From Candidatus Omnitrophota bacterium (lineage in GTDB: Bacteria > Omnitrophota > Omnitrophia > Omnitrophales > Aquincolibacteriaceae), in assembly GCA_043803685.1 (NCBI GenBank), contig JAZDJU010000030.1, positions 1-21,497 of the forward strand: a DNA stretch of 21,497 bases. Direction: 5' to 3'. This document shows, piece by piece, positions 1 to 8,502 of this stretch (position 1 is the first letter of the stretch; each line of letters begins with the position of its first letter). Below the pieces are notes generated by a model. The model was not told the DNA's origin, ran no database searches, and worked only from the letters and a program-made list of their open reading frames with translations. The translations under genes were made by a program, and so were the position numbers.

Positions 1-141
1 CGGACTTTGCTAAGATCTCAAAGAACAGAATCAGATCGGTGGAGCACTGGCTCAATCACCGGCCGAGAAAATGTCTCGGATTTCAAACACCAGCAGAGGT
101 CTTTAAATCCTCAGCTGTTGCACTTGCTGGTTGAATTCAGG
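1..141 (+). mobile_element. Right end of an IS30-family insertion sequence (transposase 3' end plus right terminal inverted repeat), partial at window edge
   Basis: Transposase tail (next feature) runs into GTTGCACTTGCTGGTTGAATTCAGG (117-141), which resembles IS30-family right ends where the IR overlaps the tnp stop. The sequence switches abruptly to a receiver gene at ~142. Exact end uncertain by 1-2 nt. Confidence 0.88.
3..134 (+). CDS. IS30-family transposase, C-terminal fragment (not in ORF track)
   Basis: Frame starting at 3 translates DFAKISKNRIRSVEHWLNHRPRKCLGFQTPAEVFKSSAVALAG*, containing the IS30 C-terminal signature LNxRPRKxLGxxTPxEVF. Stop TGA at 132-134. Confidence 0.9.
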   Translation, partial: DFAKISKNRIRSVEHWLNHRPRKCLGFQTPAEVFKSSAVALAG

Positions 142-322
142 CATCAAGTTTCGGAAGCATCAGATCCAACAAAATCGCGTCAGGAAATTCTTCTCGCGCA
201 AGGTCCAAACCCTCCTGACCGTCTTTGGCGATCAAAACCTCAAATCCGAGGGCCGTCAGACGTGCGCTGACGATCATCTGGATATTGGGCTCATCATCCA
301 CCAAAAGAATCTTTTTTTTCAT
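137..322 (-). pseudogene. Response regulator receiver gene truncated by the IS30 insertion
   Basis: ATG at 322 with GAGGA RBS. MKKKILLVDD...ILLDLMLPKLD matches the neighbour at 404-772, then breaks at LPKLD|A* where the paralog continues LPKLDGYKVC. The stop is supplied by the IS end. 61 aa, about half a REC domain. Confidence 0.88.
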
Positions 323-403
323 CCGATCATTCCTCACTTCGTCCTGATTCAACTCGCACTTCCTGGATCTTCGTCTTTCCCGAGGCTAGGGCCGCCCACG
401 GGC

Positions 404-772
404 TTAACCTGGCGTCAACTTTTGAACCGTCTGAGTGAACAAGGGGATGTCCAACGGCTTGGCCATGTACGCGTTGGCACCCGACTGCTCCGCGAGCTTT
501 CTGTCCGCCTCGCTGTCCTTTGCAGAGATAATGATCACCGGGATATTTTCAAAAGCCTGGTCGAACTTGAGCATCCGGCAAACTTTATAACCATCGAGTT
601 TCGGAAGCATCAGATCTAGCAGGATCACATCGGGCGATACTTTGCGAGCAAGATCCAAACCTTCTTGCCCATCTTTGGCGGTCAAAACCTCATAACCCGC
701 CTCTTCCAGTTGAGCCTTGTTCATGGCAAGCACCAAAGGACTGTCATCCACCAAAAGGATCTTTTGTGTCAT
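404..772 (-). CDS. Single-domain response regulator (CheY-like receiver)
   Basis: 122 aa with LLVDD, phosphoacceptor VILLD-LMLP, IIISA and AYMAKP motifs; no output domain. Confidence 0.93.
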   Translation of the reverse strand: MTQKILLVDDSPLVLAMNKAQLEEAGYEVLTAKDGQEGLDLARKVSPDVILLDLMLPKLDGYKVCRMLKFDQAFENIPVIIISAKDSEADRKLAEQSGANAYMAKPLDIPLFTQTVQKLTPG

Positions 773-934
773 AAAGGATCTCTTGCTCCGGAGTTAATTT
801 TATAAAATAATTGTTTAGCAACTCGCTTTTTCCCGATATCCCATTATCGACATAGCCCCCATGGACTAAACCCCTCTATCGATGCCCTAAGGTCATCTTT
901 CAACGTTCCACGCGAAAACATCCCCCATCCAATC

Positions 935-2131
935 CTACTTATTTCCCTGCGGCAAGAGCACCACGAACCGGGAACCTGAAGGCGATACCGCCTCGACCCA
1001 GATCTTCCCGCCGTGAAGTACCACAAGATCCTGGGCAATGGGAAGACCCAATCCGGTCCCCTCTTGTTGCTCGGTGCCGATCCGGGTAAATTTATCAAAG
1101 ATCTTTTCTCTTTGATCTTCGGGGATCCCCTTACCGGTATCTTCCACCTCGGCGCGAATGAAACCTTTCTGAGGCTCTTCAAAGACCCGCACGGTTACGG
1201 TCTGACCTTCGGGAGTATATTTGATCGCATTGCTCACAAGATTCACGAACACTTGCGGGAGTCGATCCGCATCCCCGAAAAAATGAACCGCTTTTTCAGG
1301 GATCTGAAAAGCCAGCTTGATCTTTTTCCGTGAGGCTTCGACTTCAAAAGTTTTCGCAACTTCCTTCACGACTTTCGCAAGATCCACATCCTGCCGATCG
1401 AGTTCAAGCTTTCCGGCTTCGATCTTGGAGATATCCAGCATGTCCCGCGTCAATCGCGCAACGCGCTGGATCGTTCGAAGCATGACATCCACCGTTTCGG
1501 CCTGTTGGGGGGTGACGGGGCCATAAGCTCCCTCCCGGATGTTCTCGAGATGGCCTCGCATGATCGCAATGGGGGTTCGAAACTCATGGGCGACGTTCGA
1601 AACAAAGACATTCTTCATTTCATCCAAGGCTTTAAGCCGCGTAATATCCAGATAAAGCTGGCGGTCTAAAAGCGCGGAGAGCGCAAGCATGATCTCGTTC
1701 TCACTCATGGCTGGAGCCGAACCGCATGATGGAGCTCCTTCGGAAGCCGAGGCTTTTTCAAGATACATATCGACGACGGGGATCAATGAACAGCCCTCGC
1801 CTTTTCCGTAAAATCCGTCGGCCCCGGTCTGAAAGCTCCATGTTTTTGGATCCTGGATCACCCCGCCTGCTTCCAGGGCGGTCATGATCACGATCGGGAT
1901 ATCTTTTGTCTCGGATCGGTCTTTGAGAAGCCGGCACACCTGATATCCGTTGATCTTGGGCATGTGAACATCCAAAAGGATCAGATCCGGTGAACCGGTG
2001 AACGCTGTATTGATCGCTTCGATCCCGTCCGTGGCAGTAAGGACCTCGTAACCGGCCTCCTTCAACTGAGACTTGTACATTTCACGCATCAAACCACTAT
2101 CATCCACGATAAGAATGCGCTTTTTTTTCAT
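935..2131 (-). CDS. Hybrid signalling protein: N-terminal receiver + HisKA/HATPase histidine kinase
   Basis: REC (LIVDD, LILLDVHMP), H-box VAHEFRTP, N-box NLVSNAIKY, G1 EDTGKGI, F-box IFDKF, G2 GTGLGL. No TM segment seen. Start overlaps the cheB stop (ATGA). Confidence 0.93.
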   Translation of the reverse strand: MKKKRILIVDDSGLMREMYKSQLKEAGYEVLTATDGIEAINTAFTGSPDLILLDVHMPKINGYQVCRLLKDRSETKDIPIVIMTALEAGGVIQDPKTWSFQTGADGFYGKGEGCSLIPVVDMYLEKASASEGAPSCGSAPAMSENEIMLALSALLDRQLYLDITRLKALDEMKNVFVSNVAHEFRTPIAIMRGHLENIREGAYGPVTPQQAETVDVMLRTIQRVARLTRDMLDISKIEAGKLELDRQDVDLAKVVKEVAKTFEVEASRKKIKLAFQIPEKAVHFFGDADRLPQVFVNLVSNAIKYTPEGQTVTVRVFEEPQKGFIRAEVEDTGKGIPEDQREKIFDKFTRIGTEQQEGTGLGLPIAQDLVVLHGGKIWVEAVSPSGSRFVVLLPQGNK

Positions 2132-3144
2132 CGATTATTATCCTTCACGATCCGAACCAATTCCTCCGCGATAGCTTCGAGCGGTAACACATGGTCGATC
2201 GCCCCCGCTTCGATCGCGAGTTTATTCATCCCAAAAATCACCGAGGTTTTTTCATCCTGCGCAAGAGTGCGCCCACCCGATTTATTGATCGCCGAGATTC
2301 CGGCGACTCCGTCCCGCCCCATCCCCGTCATGATCACTCCAACGGCATTCCCGCGGAAAACCTCCGCCACAGATTCCATCAACACATCGATCCCCGGGAC
2401 ATGGACCATTTTTTTGGTAAGATCTTCCTTCAGCACAATTCGCTCATGTTTGTCCACCATCATATGCACATTATCTGGAGCAAAATAAACCGTCCCTTTT
2501 TGTGGCATGTCGCCGCTCTTCGCTACCTGGTACTGAAGGGGCGTGGTCTGGGCCAACCAATCCCCGAGCCCTTGAATAAATCCCGGAGAAATATGTTGTA
2601 CCACCAGGATCGCGGCCGGAAAATCAGGCGGTAACTTGGAAAATAGGATCTGAAGCGCTTGCGGCCCACCCGTGGAAACCCCTACCACCACTATTTTGGA
2701 AGCCGCTTCCCTGGGAACAGGCACCGTCTTGGGCGAGAAGCGACTCCTTAAGTGACGAATGGCGCGTACCCTCGAGGCGATCTTAACCTTTTCGATCAGA
2801 TCATGTCTGATCTCGCCGATATCTCCCGTCACAGCCACAAAATCCATAGCCCCCAAAGCCAACGCCTTGGCGATCACGTTGACGTTCATGCTGCTCACCA
2901 CAATAATGGGCGTCGGGCACTCCTCCATGATCTTCATGATCGCCTCCGCCCCGTCCATCTCAGGCATGGTCAGATCCATGGTGATCACATGGGGCCGCAA
3001 GGTCAGCGTCTTTTCGCAGGCTTCACGACCATTCCGGGCCTCCCCCACCACCTCCACATCGGGATCCGAACTCAGAATAGTTCCGATCGATTGGCGCACC
3101 AAGGAGGAATCATCGACGATCAGAACACGGATCACATCACTCAT
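2128..3144 (-). CDS. cheB: Chemotaxis-type methylesterase CheB (REC + methylesterase)
   Basis: Catalytic motifs GVSTGGP, VQHI, MTGMGRDG, AQDEKTSVIFGM; N-terminal receiver with VITMD. Confidence 0.96.
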   Translation of the reverse strand: MSDVIRVLIVDDSSLVRQSIGTILSSDPDVEVVGEARNGREACEKTLTLRPHVITMDLTMPEMDGAEAIMKIMEECPTPIIVVSSMNVNVIAKALALGAMDFVAVTGDIGEIRHDLIEKVKIASRVRAIRHLRSRFSPKTVPVPREAASKIVVVGVSTGGPQALQILFSKLPPDFPAAILVVQHISPGFIQGLGDWLAQTTPLQYQVAKSGDMPQKGTVYFAPDNVHMMVDKHERIVLKEDLTKKMVHVPGIDVLMESVAEVFRGNAVGVIMTGMGRDGVAGISAINKSGGRTLAQDEKTSVIFGMNKLAIEAGAIDHVLPLEAIAEELVRIVKDNNR

Positions 3145-3187
3145 GGTCGTACCTTTATAAAGTTATTTCTGCCGCAGTGACACTTGA

Positions 3188-5329
3188 TTAACCCAGAAGG
3201 CGCTCGATGGTCTCTAGAAGCGTTTCCGAGGTGAAATCGCTCTTCAAAATATACGCGTTCGCGCCTGCTTCCATTCCCTTGCGTTTGTCATCATCGCTTT
3301 CGCGCGTTGTCACGATGATGATAGGGACTTCTTTGTAATTCTTTTCCGCGCGAAGACGCGTCACCAGTTCGAATCCGTCCATCCGCGGCATGAGCACGTC
3401 GGTGATCACAAGATCAAAACTTTCATGAGCAGCCTTTTCCAGCGCTTCTTTTCCATCCCGCGCAATGACTGCGTTATACCCAACCGATTCCAGAATGTTC
3501 TTTTCAAGCATCGCAGTCGTTAAAACATCCTCCGCAAGAAGGATCGTCTTTTTCTTTTTACCAGGAACGATCTTGGGTTTCACGACCGCCTTCCGGATGA
3601 CGCCTCCCTCTGCGGAATAAATGATCGATGGAATATCCAAAAGAAGCACCACCTCCCCGCTCCCTAGAATAGTCGCGCCGGCAATATGCTTCACCTTTTT
3701 GAGAGGATCTCCCAAATTCTTTCCGATGATATTCTGACGCCCCAATAGCCCGTCCACCAGGATCCCGATCCGTTTTTCAACGGATTGGACGATCACGATC
3801 GGCAGAAACTTCTTTTCCACGATCCCCTTAGCCGGAAGACCAAAGGCATCATGCAATTTCACCACCGGAAGAATGTAGCCGCGAACCGTGATCACCTCTT
3901 TGGTTTCGACCGTTTTGATGTCACTCAAACTGATGCGGAGGGTCTCAATGACCGCATCGACAGGAATGGCAAAAGTATCATGCCCCGCGATCACTAAAAG
4001 ACTTTCTGTAATAGCCAATGTCAGCGGCAACCGGATGATAAAACGGGTCCCCTGCGACGGATCCGATTTCACTTCGACCATACCCTTCAACTTGACGGCC
4101 ATGTCCCGGACCACATCCAGACCGACCCCGCGACCGGAAATGTCGGAAACTTCTTCTTGCGTGCTGAACCCCGGCGTAAAAAGCAATTGAAAGACCTGCT
4201 CCTCCAGCATGTTCTGGATATTTTCCCGTGAAACGAGCCCCTTGGTAACGGCGTGCTCCTTCACATTGGCAACATCGATCCCCCGCCCGTCATCCGCGAC
4301 CGTGATCACGATCTGAGAACCTTCCTGCTCCGCCGTAAGCCTGATCTGACCGCAGGGGGACTTCCCCATTTTTTTTCTTTCTTCGGGGGTTTCGATCCCA
4401 TGGTCCACACAATTTCTCAAAAGATGCATCATGGGAAGACGCATATCGTCCAGGATCGCCTTGTCCAGTTGGGTGTCCTGGCCCTCGATCACAAAATCGA
4501 TCTCTTTCCCTTTTTCCGCTGCAAGATCCCGCATCGCACGGGGGAAAGTATTGAAAAGGTGCCCGACCGGCAACATCCGCACCTTCATCATTTCTTCCTG
4601 GATATTTTCGGTCAAGGTATCCATTTGTTCCGTCACCTTCGTGAGATCCTTGATCAACCCCGCGACCACAGGATTGGATTCCATTTGAGATTCCGCCCGG
4701 ATCAAAAGTTCATTATTCAATTCCTTTAACCGGATCTTGGAGATGAGAAGCTCGCCCGAAAGATTCACAAGCCGGTTCAGCTTATCAAGGTCAACCCGGA
4801 CGCTTTCTTCCAAAGCCACCCCGCGGCTCCTGGACTCGGGAGCCAAAGCTGCGGTGGAAACCGGATCGGGGGCTTGTCCCGTGGGACTCTCTTGATTTTT
4901 CGGCTGCGCAGGGGCGTCAAAAATTCCAGCGGGTTTTTCCAAAAAAGCTTTTTCCAGGCGGACGCAAAGATCTTGAGTGAAAGAGCTGTTGATCCCCGTA
5001 TCTTCCCAAGTCACTTTATCTTCTAAAAGAGGACCGATCGCATCAAGGCACTTGAAAAGAACATTAAAGCGTTCGTTATTGAGAAGGAGCTCCCCATTCA
5101 CCGCCCGCTCGAGGCCATCCTCCATCTTGTGAGTAATATCCTCGATCCTTTTGTACCCCATCATACGGGCCGCGCCTTTGATGCTATGCGCCTCCCGCAT
5201 CATCTCGTTCAGGAGTTCCGGATCCCGCGGTTTTTTTTCGAGCTTGAGAAGCCCAAGATTAAGCGCCTGGATTCGTTCCAGAGTCTCGGCCTTAAACTGA
5301 TCGATAAACTTCGATTTATCGAACGCCAT
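3188..5329 (-). CDS. cheA: Hybrid CheA kinase (HPt-dimerisation-HATPase-CheW-REC), WspE/FrzE-like architecture
   Basis: HPt REAHSIKG, HLLRNCVDHGIE, DDGRGID, PGFST, SGRGVGLDVV, CheW-like domain (GATILGSGEV), C-terminal REC (VITDVLMP). No evident P2 domain. Confidence 0.96.
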   Translation of the reverse strand: MAFDKSKFIDQFKAETLERIQALNLGLLKLEKKPRDPELLNEMMREAHSIKGAARMMGYKRIEDITHKMEDGLERAVNGELLLNNERFNVLFKCLDAIGPLLEDKVTWEDTGINSSFTQDLCVRLEKAFLEKPAGIFDAPAQPKNQESPTGQAPDPVSTAALAPESRSRGVALEESVRVDLDKLNRLVNLSGELLISKIRLKELNNELLIRAESQMESNPVVAGLIKDLTKVTEQMDTLTENIQEEMMKVRMLPVGHLFNTFPRAMRDLAAEKGKEIDFVIEGQDTQLDKAILDDMRLPMMHLLRNCVDHGIETPEERKKMGKSPCGQIRLTAEQEGSQIVITVADDGRGIDVANVKEHAVTKGLVSRENIQNMLEEQVFQLLFTPGFSTQEEVSDISGRGVGLDVVRDMAVKLKGMVEVKSDPSQGTRFIIRLPLTLAITESLLVIAGHDTFAIPVDAVIETLRISLSDIKTVETKEVITVRGYILPVVKLHDAFGLPAKGIVEKKFLPIVIVQSVEKRIGILVDGLLGRQNIIGKNLGDPLKKVKHIAGATILGSGEVVLLLDIPSIIYSAEGGVIRKAVVKPKIVPGKKKKTILLAEDVLTTAMLEKNILESVGYNAVIARDGKEALEKAAHESFDLVITDVLMPRMDGFELVTRLRAEKNYKEVPIIIVTTRESDDDKRKGMEAGANAYILKSDFTSETLLETIERLLG

Positions 5330-5398
5330 GACATTCCCTCGATTTTTTCTCGCAAGAAACAGTCACCCGATTCACCCGGGCCCCAACCCAAAAAAGAC

Positions 5399-7363
5399 TC
5401 ATAATTTGAATTTGGAAGCCGCGTGACCGAGTTCCTCCGCCAAATCCGTAAGTTGCTTCACCGCGCCCTGGGAATGCTGCGCGCCAGTCGAGATCTGCTT
5501 CATGGCATCATCAATGTTCATCATAGCGCTCGCGATCTGCTTCGAGCCACTGATCTGTTGATGAGCGCTCATGGCGATCTCTTTGGCCTTTTCGGTCGTC
5601 TGTTGCGACAGCCGCGACTCTTCATCCACGCTCGCGACGTTCTGCTCCATCGACATGATCGCGTTCGACATCTCATGCTGGATCAATTCGATGAGCGCCG
5701 TAATATCTTTAGTCGATTTCGCCGTAGAATCAGCAAGTTTCCGGATCTCGTCGGCCACCACCATAAAACCCCGGCCCTGATCTCCTGCTCGCGCCGCTTC
5801 GATCGAGGCGTTGACCGCCAAAAGATTCGTTTGGTCCGCCACGTCATCAATCAGCTCCGTGATCTTCCCGATCCTCTGCGATTTCTCCCCCAGAGAGGAA
5901 AGCATCAGGTTGGTCCTGGCAGTCGTTTCTTTGATCTTGGCCATCCCCGCCAACGCGTGAGCCGCGACTTGCGCGACTTTCTTGATACTTTCGCCCACTT
6001 GTTCGGACGTCGCGGAAAGCTCCTTCGTGGCCGAGGTCGTCTCCGTTACCGCAGAGGATTGTTCCCGCGCTGCGGCCGCTTGTTCTTGCGAAGCCACCAG
6101 GATCTCCCGGCTGCAAGAAATAATACTGTCCGCCACGTTCTGAATGCGGACAATGAGCGCCACTAAACTTTCTGTCATGGCATTAAAACTACCGGCGAGC
6201 ACGCCGATCTCATCCTTGCTCGTGACTTGTAATTTTTTAGTCACAGTTTCTCTTCCTTCCGCAATATCTTTGGTAATCTTCATGACTTTTCCAAGGGGAT
6301 TCAAAACCCACCGGACCGTCAGGTTCTGCAGCAAAAGAACCATCAACACGGCGATCGTCAGACTGATCAAAAGAACGTAATTGCCGAGACGTTTCGCAAC
6401 CTGGGTCAGCTCTGATTGCTTGTGGCCCACGGCCACGATCCATTTCCAGGGTCCATAATAGGAATAGATCGAGAAGTTTTCCTGCGCCGAGGCCCTTCCT
6501 CCATCGATATAGTCCCAATAATAATTAATGGCTCCGTTTTTCAGACTGAGCATCTCATCCACATATTTCTTCCCCTTTACATCCGCCGTCCCTAGCATCA
6601 CTTTCCCCTGATCCGTCGGATGGGTCACAAAAATGCCCTTTTCTTTTCCTTCCGCCGCGTTGAGGGTATAGATAAAACCGGTCTCTCCGATCTTGATGGC
6701 ATTAATCTTACTTTTCAGCGTTTTCAATCCTTCCGTAAAGTCATATCCGATGTAGAGCACTCCGATCATTTTCCCGGAATCATCTTTAATGGGAGAATAT
6801 TTCGTCATGTAATCTTTGCCAAAAAGAGTGGCTTTTCCGACGAACCCCTCGCCTTTCATTAAAAGATCGTAGGCTGGATGAGTCCGTTCCAAAAGCGTCC
6901 CGATTGCGCGTGACCCATCTTCCTTCTTAAGAGAAGTCGTCACCCGGATAAAATCATCCCCTTTCCGGGCAAAAACGGTCGCCGTCGCTCCCGTGACCTG
7001 CGTGGCGCGATCCACTTCGCTGTAATTCAAATTGACCACCACCCCGCCATTCCTTAGCACAGGAGCTGCCACTCCGTTAATATCCATCATGACACCCTCG
7101 TCCATGGTGAACTTTTCCGCAAATAACGACGAGAAAACGGAAAAAATAGTGACGGCCTTCTCCTCGAGAACAGACCGGTAGACATCGATCATATCGATCG
7201 TAAGAGCCATTTGCGTCCGAAGATCACGTTCATGGCTCCTTTTCGACGTTGAGGCTATGAAAGCTGTGATGAAAATCGTCACGGCAATAAATGAAACCAG
7301 GATCACCCCGAATTGGGTGACACCCATTTTTTTGCCAATGGACCAATCATTAAATTTTTCCAT
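5399..7363 (-). CDS. Methyl-accepting chemotaxis protein with extracytoplasmic Cache domains (Cache_3-Cache_2-like), HAMP and signalling domain
   Basis: Two TM helices. [31 protein letters not shown]ache_3-like motif, HPT...DVKGK Cache_2-like part, HAMP ([15 protein letters not shown]), hairpin [23 protein letters not shown]. No C-terminal pentapeptide. Confidence 0.95.
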   Translation of the reverse strand: MEKFNDWSIGKKMGVTQFGVILVSFIAVTIFITAFIASTSKRSHERDLRTQMALTIDMIDVYRSVLEEKAVTIFSVFSSLFAEKFTMDEGVMMDINGVAAPVLRNGGVVVNLNYSEVDRATQVTGATATVFARKGDDFIRVTTSLKKEDGSRAIGTLLERTHPAYDLLMKGEGFVGKATLFGKDYMTKYSPIKDDSGKMIGVLYIGYDFTEGLKTLKSKINAIKIGETGFIYTLNAAEGKEKGIFVTHPTDQGKVMLGTADVKGKKYVDEMLSLKNGAINYYWDYIDGGRASAQENFSIYSYYGPWKWIVAVGHKQSELTQVAKRLGNYVLLISLTIAVLMVLLLQNLTVRWVLNPLGKVMKITKDIAEGRETVTKKLQVTSKDEIGVLAGSFNAMTESLVALIVRIQNVADSIISCSREILVASQEQAAAAREQSSAVTETTSATKELSATSEQVGESIKKVAQVAAHALAGMAKIKETTARTNLMLSSLGEKSQRIGKITELIDDVADQTNLLAVNASIEAARAGDQGRGFMVVADEIRKLADSTAKSTKDITALIELIQHEMSNAIMSMEQNVASVDEESRLSQQTTEKAKEIAMSAHQQISGSKQIASAMMNIDDAMKQISTGAQHSQGAVKQLTDLAEELGHAASKFKL

Positions 7364-7499
7364 ACCAACCCCCTTTATGTGACCCGCGTATTGAGACCCT
7401 GTCGCTTTTGTCTTTGTCCGAAGGCTGCGCTTCGTATTCCCTCAAAAATAAGACTCGCGTCATTTCCTGGACATTTCGGCCAGAAATGCCTATGGAATC

Positions 7500-8024
7500 T
7501 TATTCATTTCCTTTTCTCAAATTCCGGATCTCTTCGCCATTGAGAATTCTTGCCAGATCCAGAAAGATCAAAATATCGTCCCCCATAGGGATCTGCCCCT
7601 TTGTGTAATCCGCAAGCTGTCCCCGAAGAGTCGGAAGCGTTTCCTGGATCTTCTCTTCCTCGATATCAAGCGCGCCGTTGATCCGATCCACCATCAGCCC
7701 CACTTTTTCCCCACTGACATCCGTCACAATAATCCGGACATCTTTGACTTTACCCTTTTGTTCCAATCCGAAAAAATGACGCAGATCAAGAATGCTTAAG
7801 ATCTCACCCCGGAAATTCGTGATCCCTAGAACAAAAGACGGCACATTGGGAACGCGGGTCATTTCAGGCATCCGGATCACTTCTTTAGCCTGGCGAACGT
7901 CCGCACAATATGTTTCTGCCCCCAGCGAAAAAACGAGCACCCGAAGAGTCGCCTTAACACTGCCGGCCTCAAAATCCGCCTCGTCCTCCGGCTCAATATA
8001 GATCTTAACCCCGTCGTCGATCAT
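7500..8024 (-). CDS. cheW: CheW coupling protein (second copy)
   Basis: KEVIR...TRVPNVPSFVLGITNFRGEILSILDL, GLMVD. Start re-assigned to ATG 8024, since the ORF-track start at 8102 overlaps the upstream cheW. Confidence 0.92.
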   Translation of the reverse strand: MIDDGVKIYIEPEDEADFEAGSVKATLRVLVFSLGAETYCADVRQAKEVIRMPEMTRVPNVPSFVLGITNFRGEILSILDLRHFFGLEQKGKVKDVRIIVTDVSGEKVGLMVDRINGALDIEEEKIQETLPTLRGQLADYTKGQIPMGDDILIFLDLARILNGEEIRNLRKGNE

Positions 8025-8037
8025 AGCGTGTTCCCGG

Positions 8038-8502
8038 TCACTCCGTTTTCTTTCTGAGTTCCACCCGATCCTGAACCTTCTGAAGACTCGCTGTATCTTC
8101 ACTCTTTAATAGCTCGGCCAGATCCACGATCAGGACCATTTTTTCCACCCATTTTGCGACCCCCCGCAGGTAATGGGCATTTTTGAACATTTCATCCGGT
8201 GAAACGATCTCCTCGGGTTTGAAGGTGGTCACATCGCAAACCTTGTCGACCAACATCCCTGTCCAATGGTCCTGGACCTTCACGATGATAATGCGGTTGG
8301 CTCTTGACGTCTCAACCGATCCTCCGAACCTCTTGCCGAGATTGATCAGAGGAAGGATCTTCCCGCGAAAGCTGATAACCCCCTCGATAAAATCGGGGAC
8401 ATCGGGGACCGGAGTCACTTTCCTCAAACGGATCACTTCGCGAACCTTGGTGATATCCGCTCCGTAATCTTTATCTCCGACCGAAAAGACAAGAACCTTC
8501 AT
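8038..8502 (-). CDS. cheW: CheW coupling protein (first copy)
   Basis: VREVIR...TPVPDVPDFIEGVISFRGKILPLINL, GMLVD. Start overlaps the cheR stop (TGATG). Confidence 0.94.
   Translation of the reverse strand: MKVLVFSVGDKDYGADITKVREVIRLRKVTPVPDVPDFIEGVISFRGKILPLINLGKRFGGSVETSRANRIIIVKVQDHWTGMLVDKVCDVTTFKPEEIVSPDEMFKNAHYLRGVAKWVEKMVLIVDLAELLKSEDTASLQKVQDRVELRKKTE

Noticed and set aside
7..270. 87-aa + strand ORF in the track
   Set aside because: Wrong frame: it crosses the IS/receiver junction. The transposase signature is in the frame starting at 3.
7364..7499. c-di-GMP or other riboswitch upstream of the MCP gene (10038-10259 also inspected)
   Set aside because: No GEMM-type consensus or convincing conserved fold seen by eye; an Rfam search would be needed to exclude it formally.
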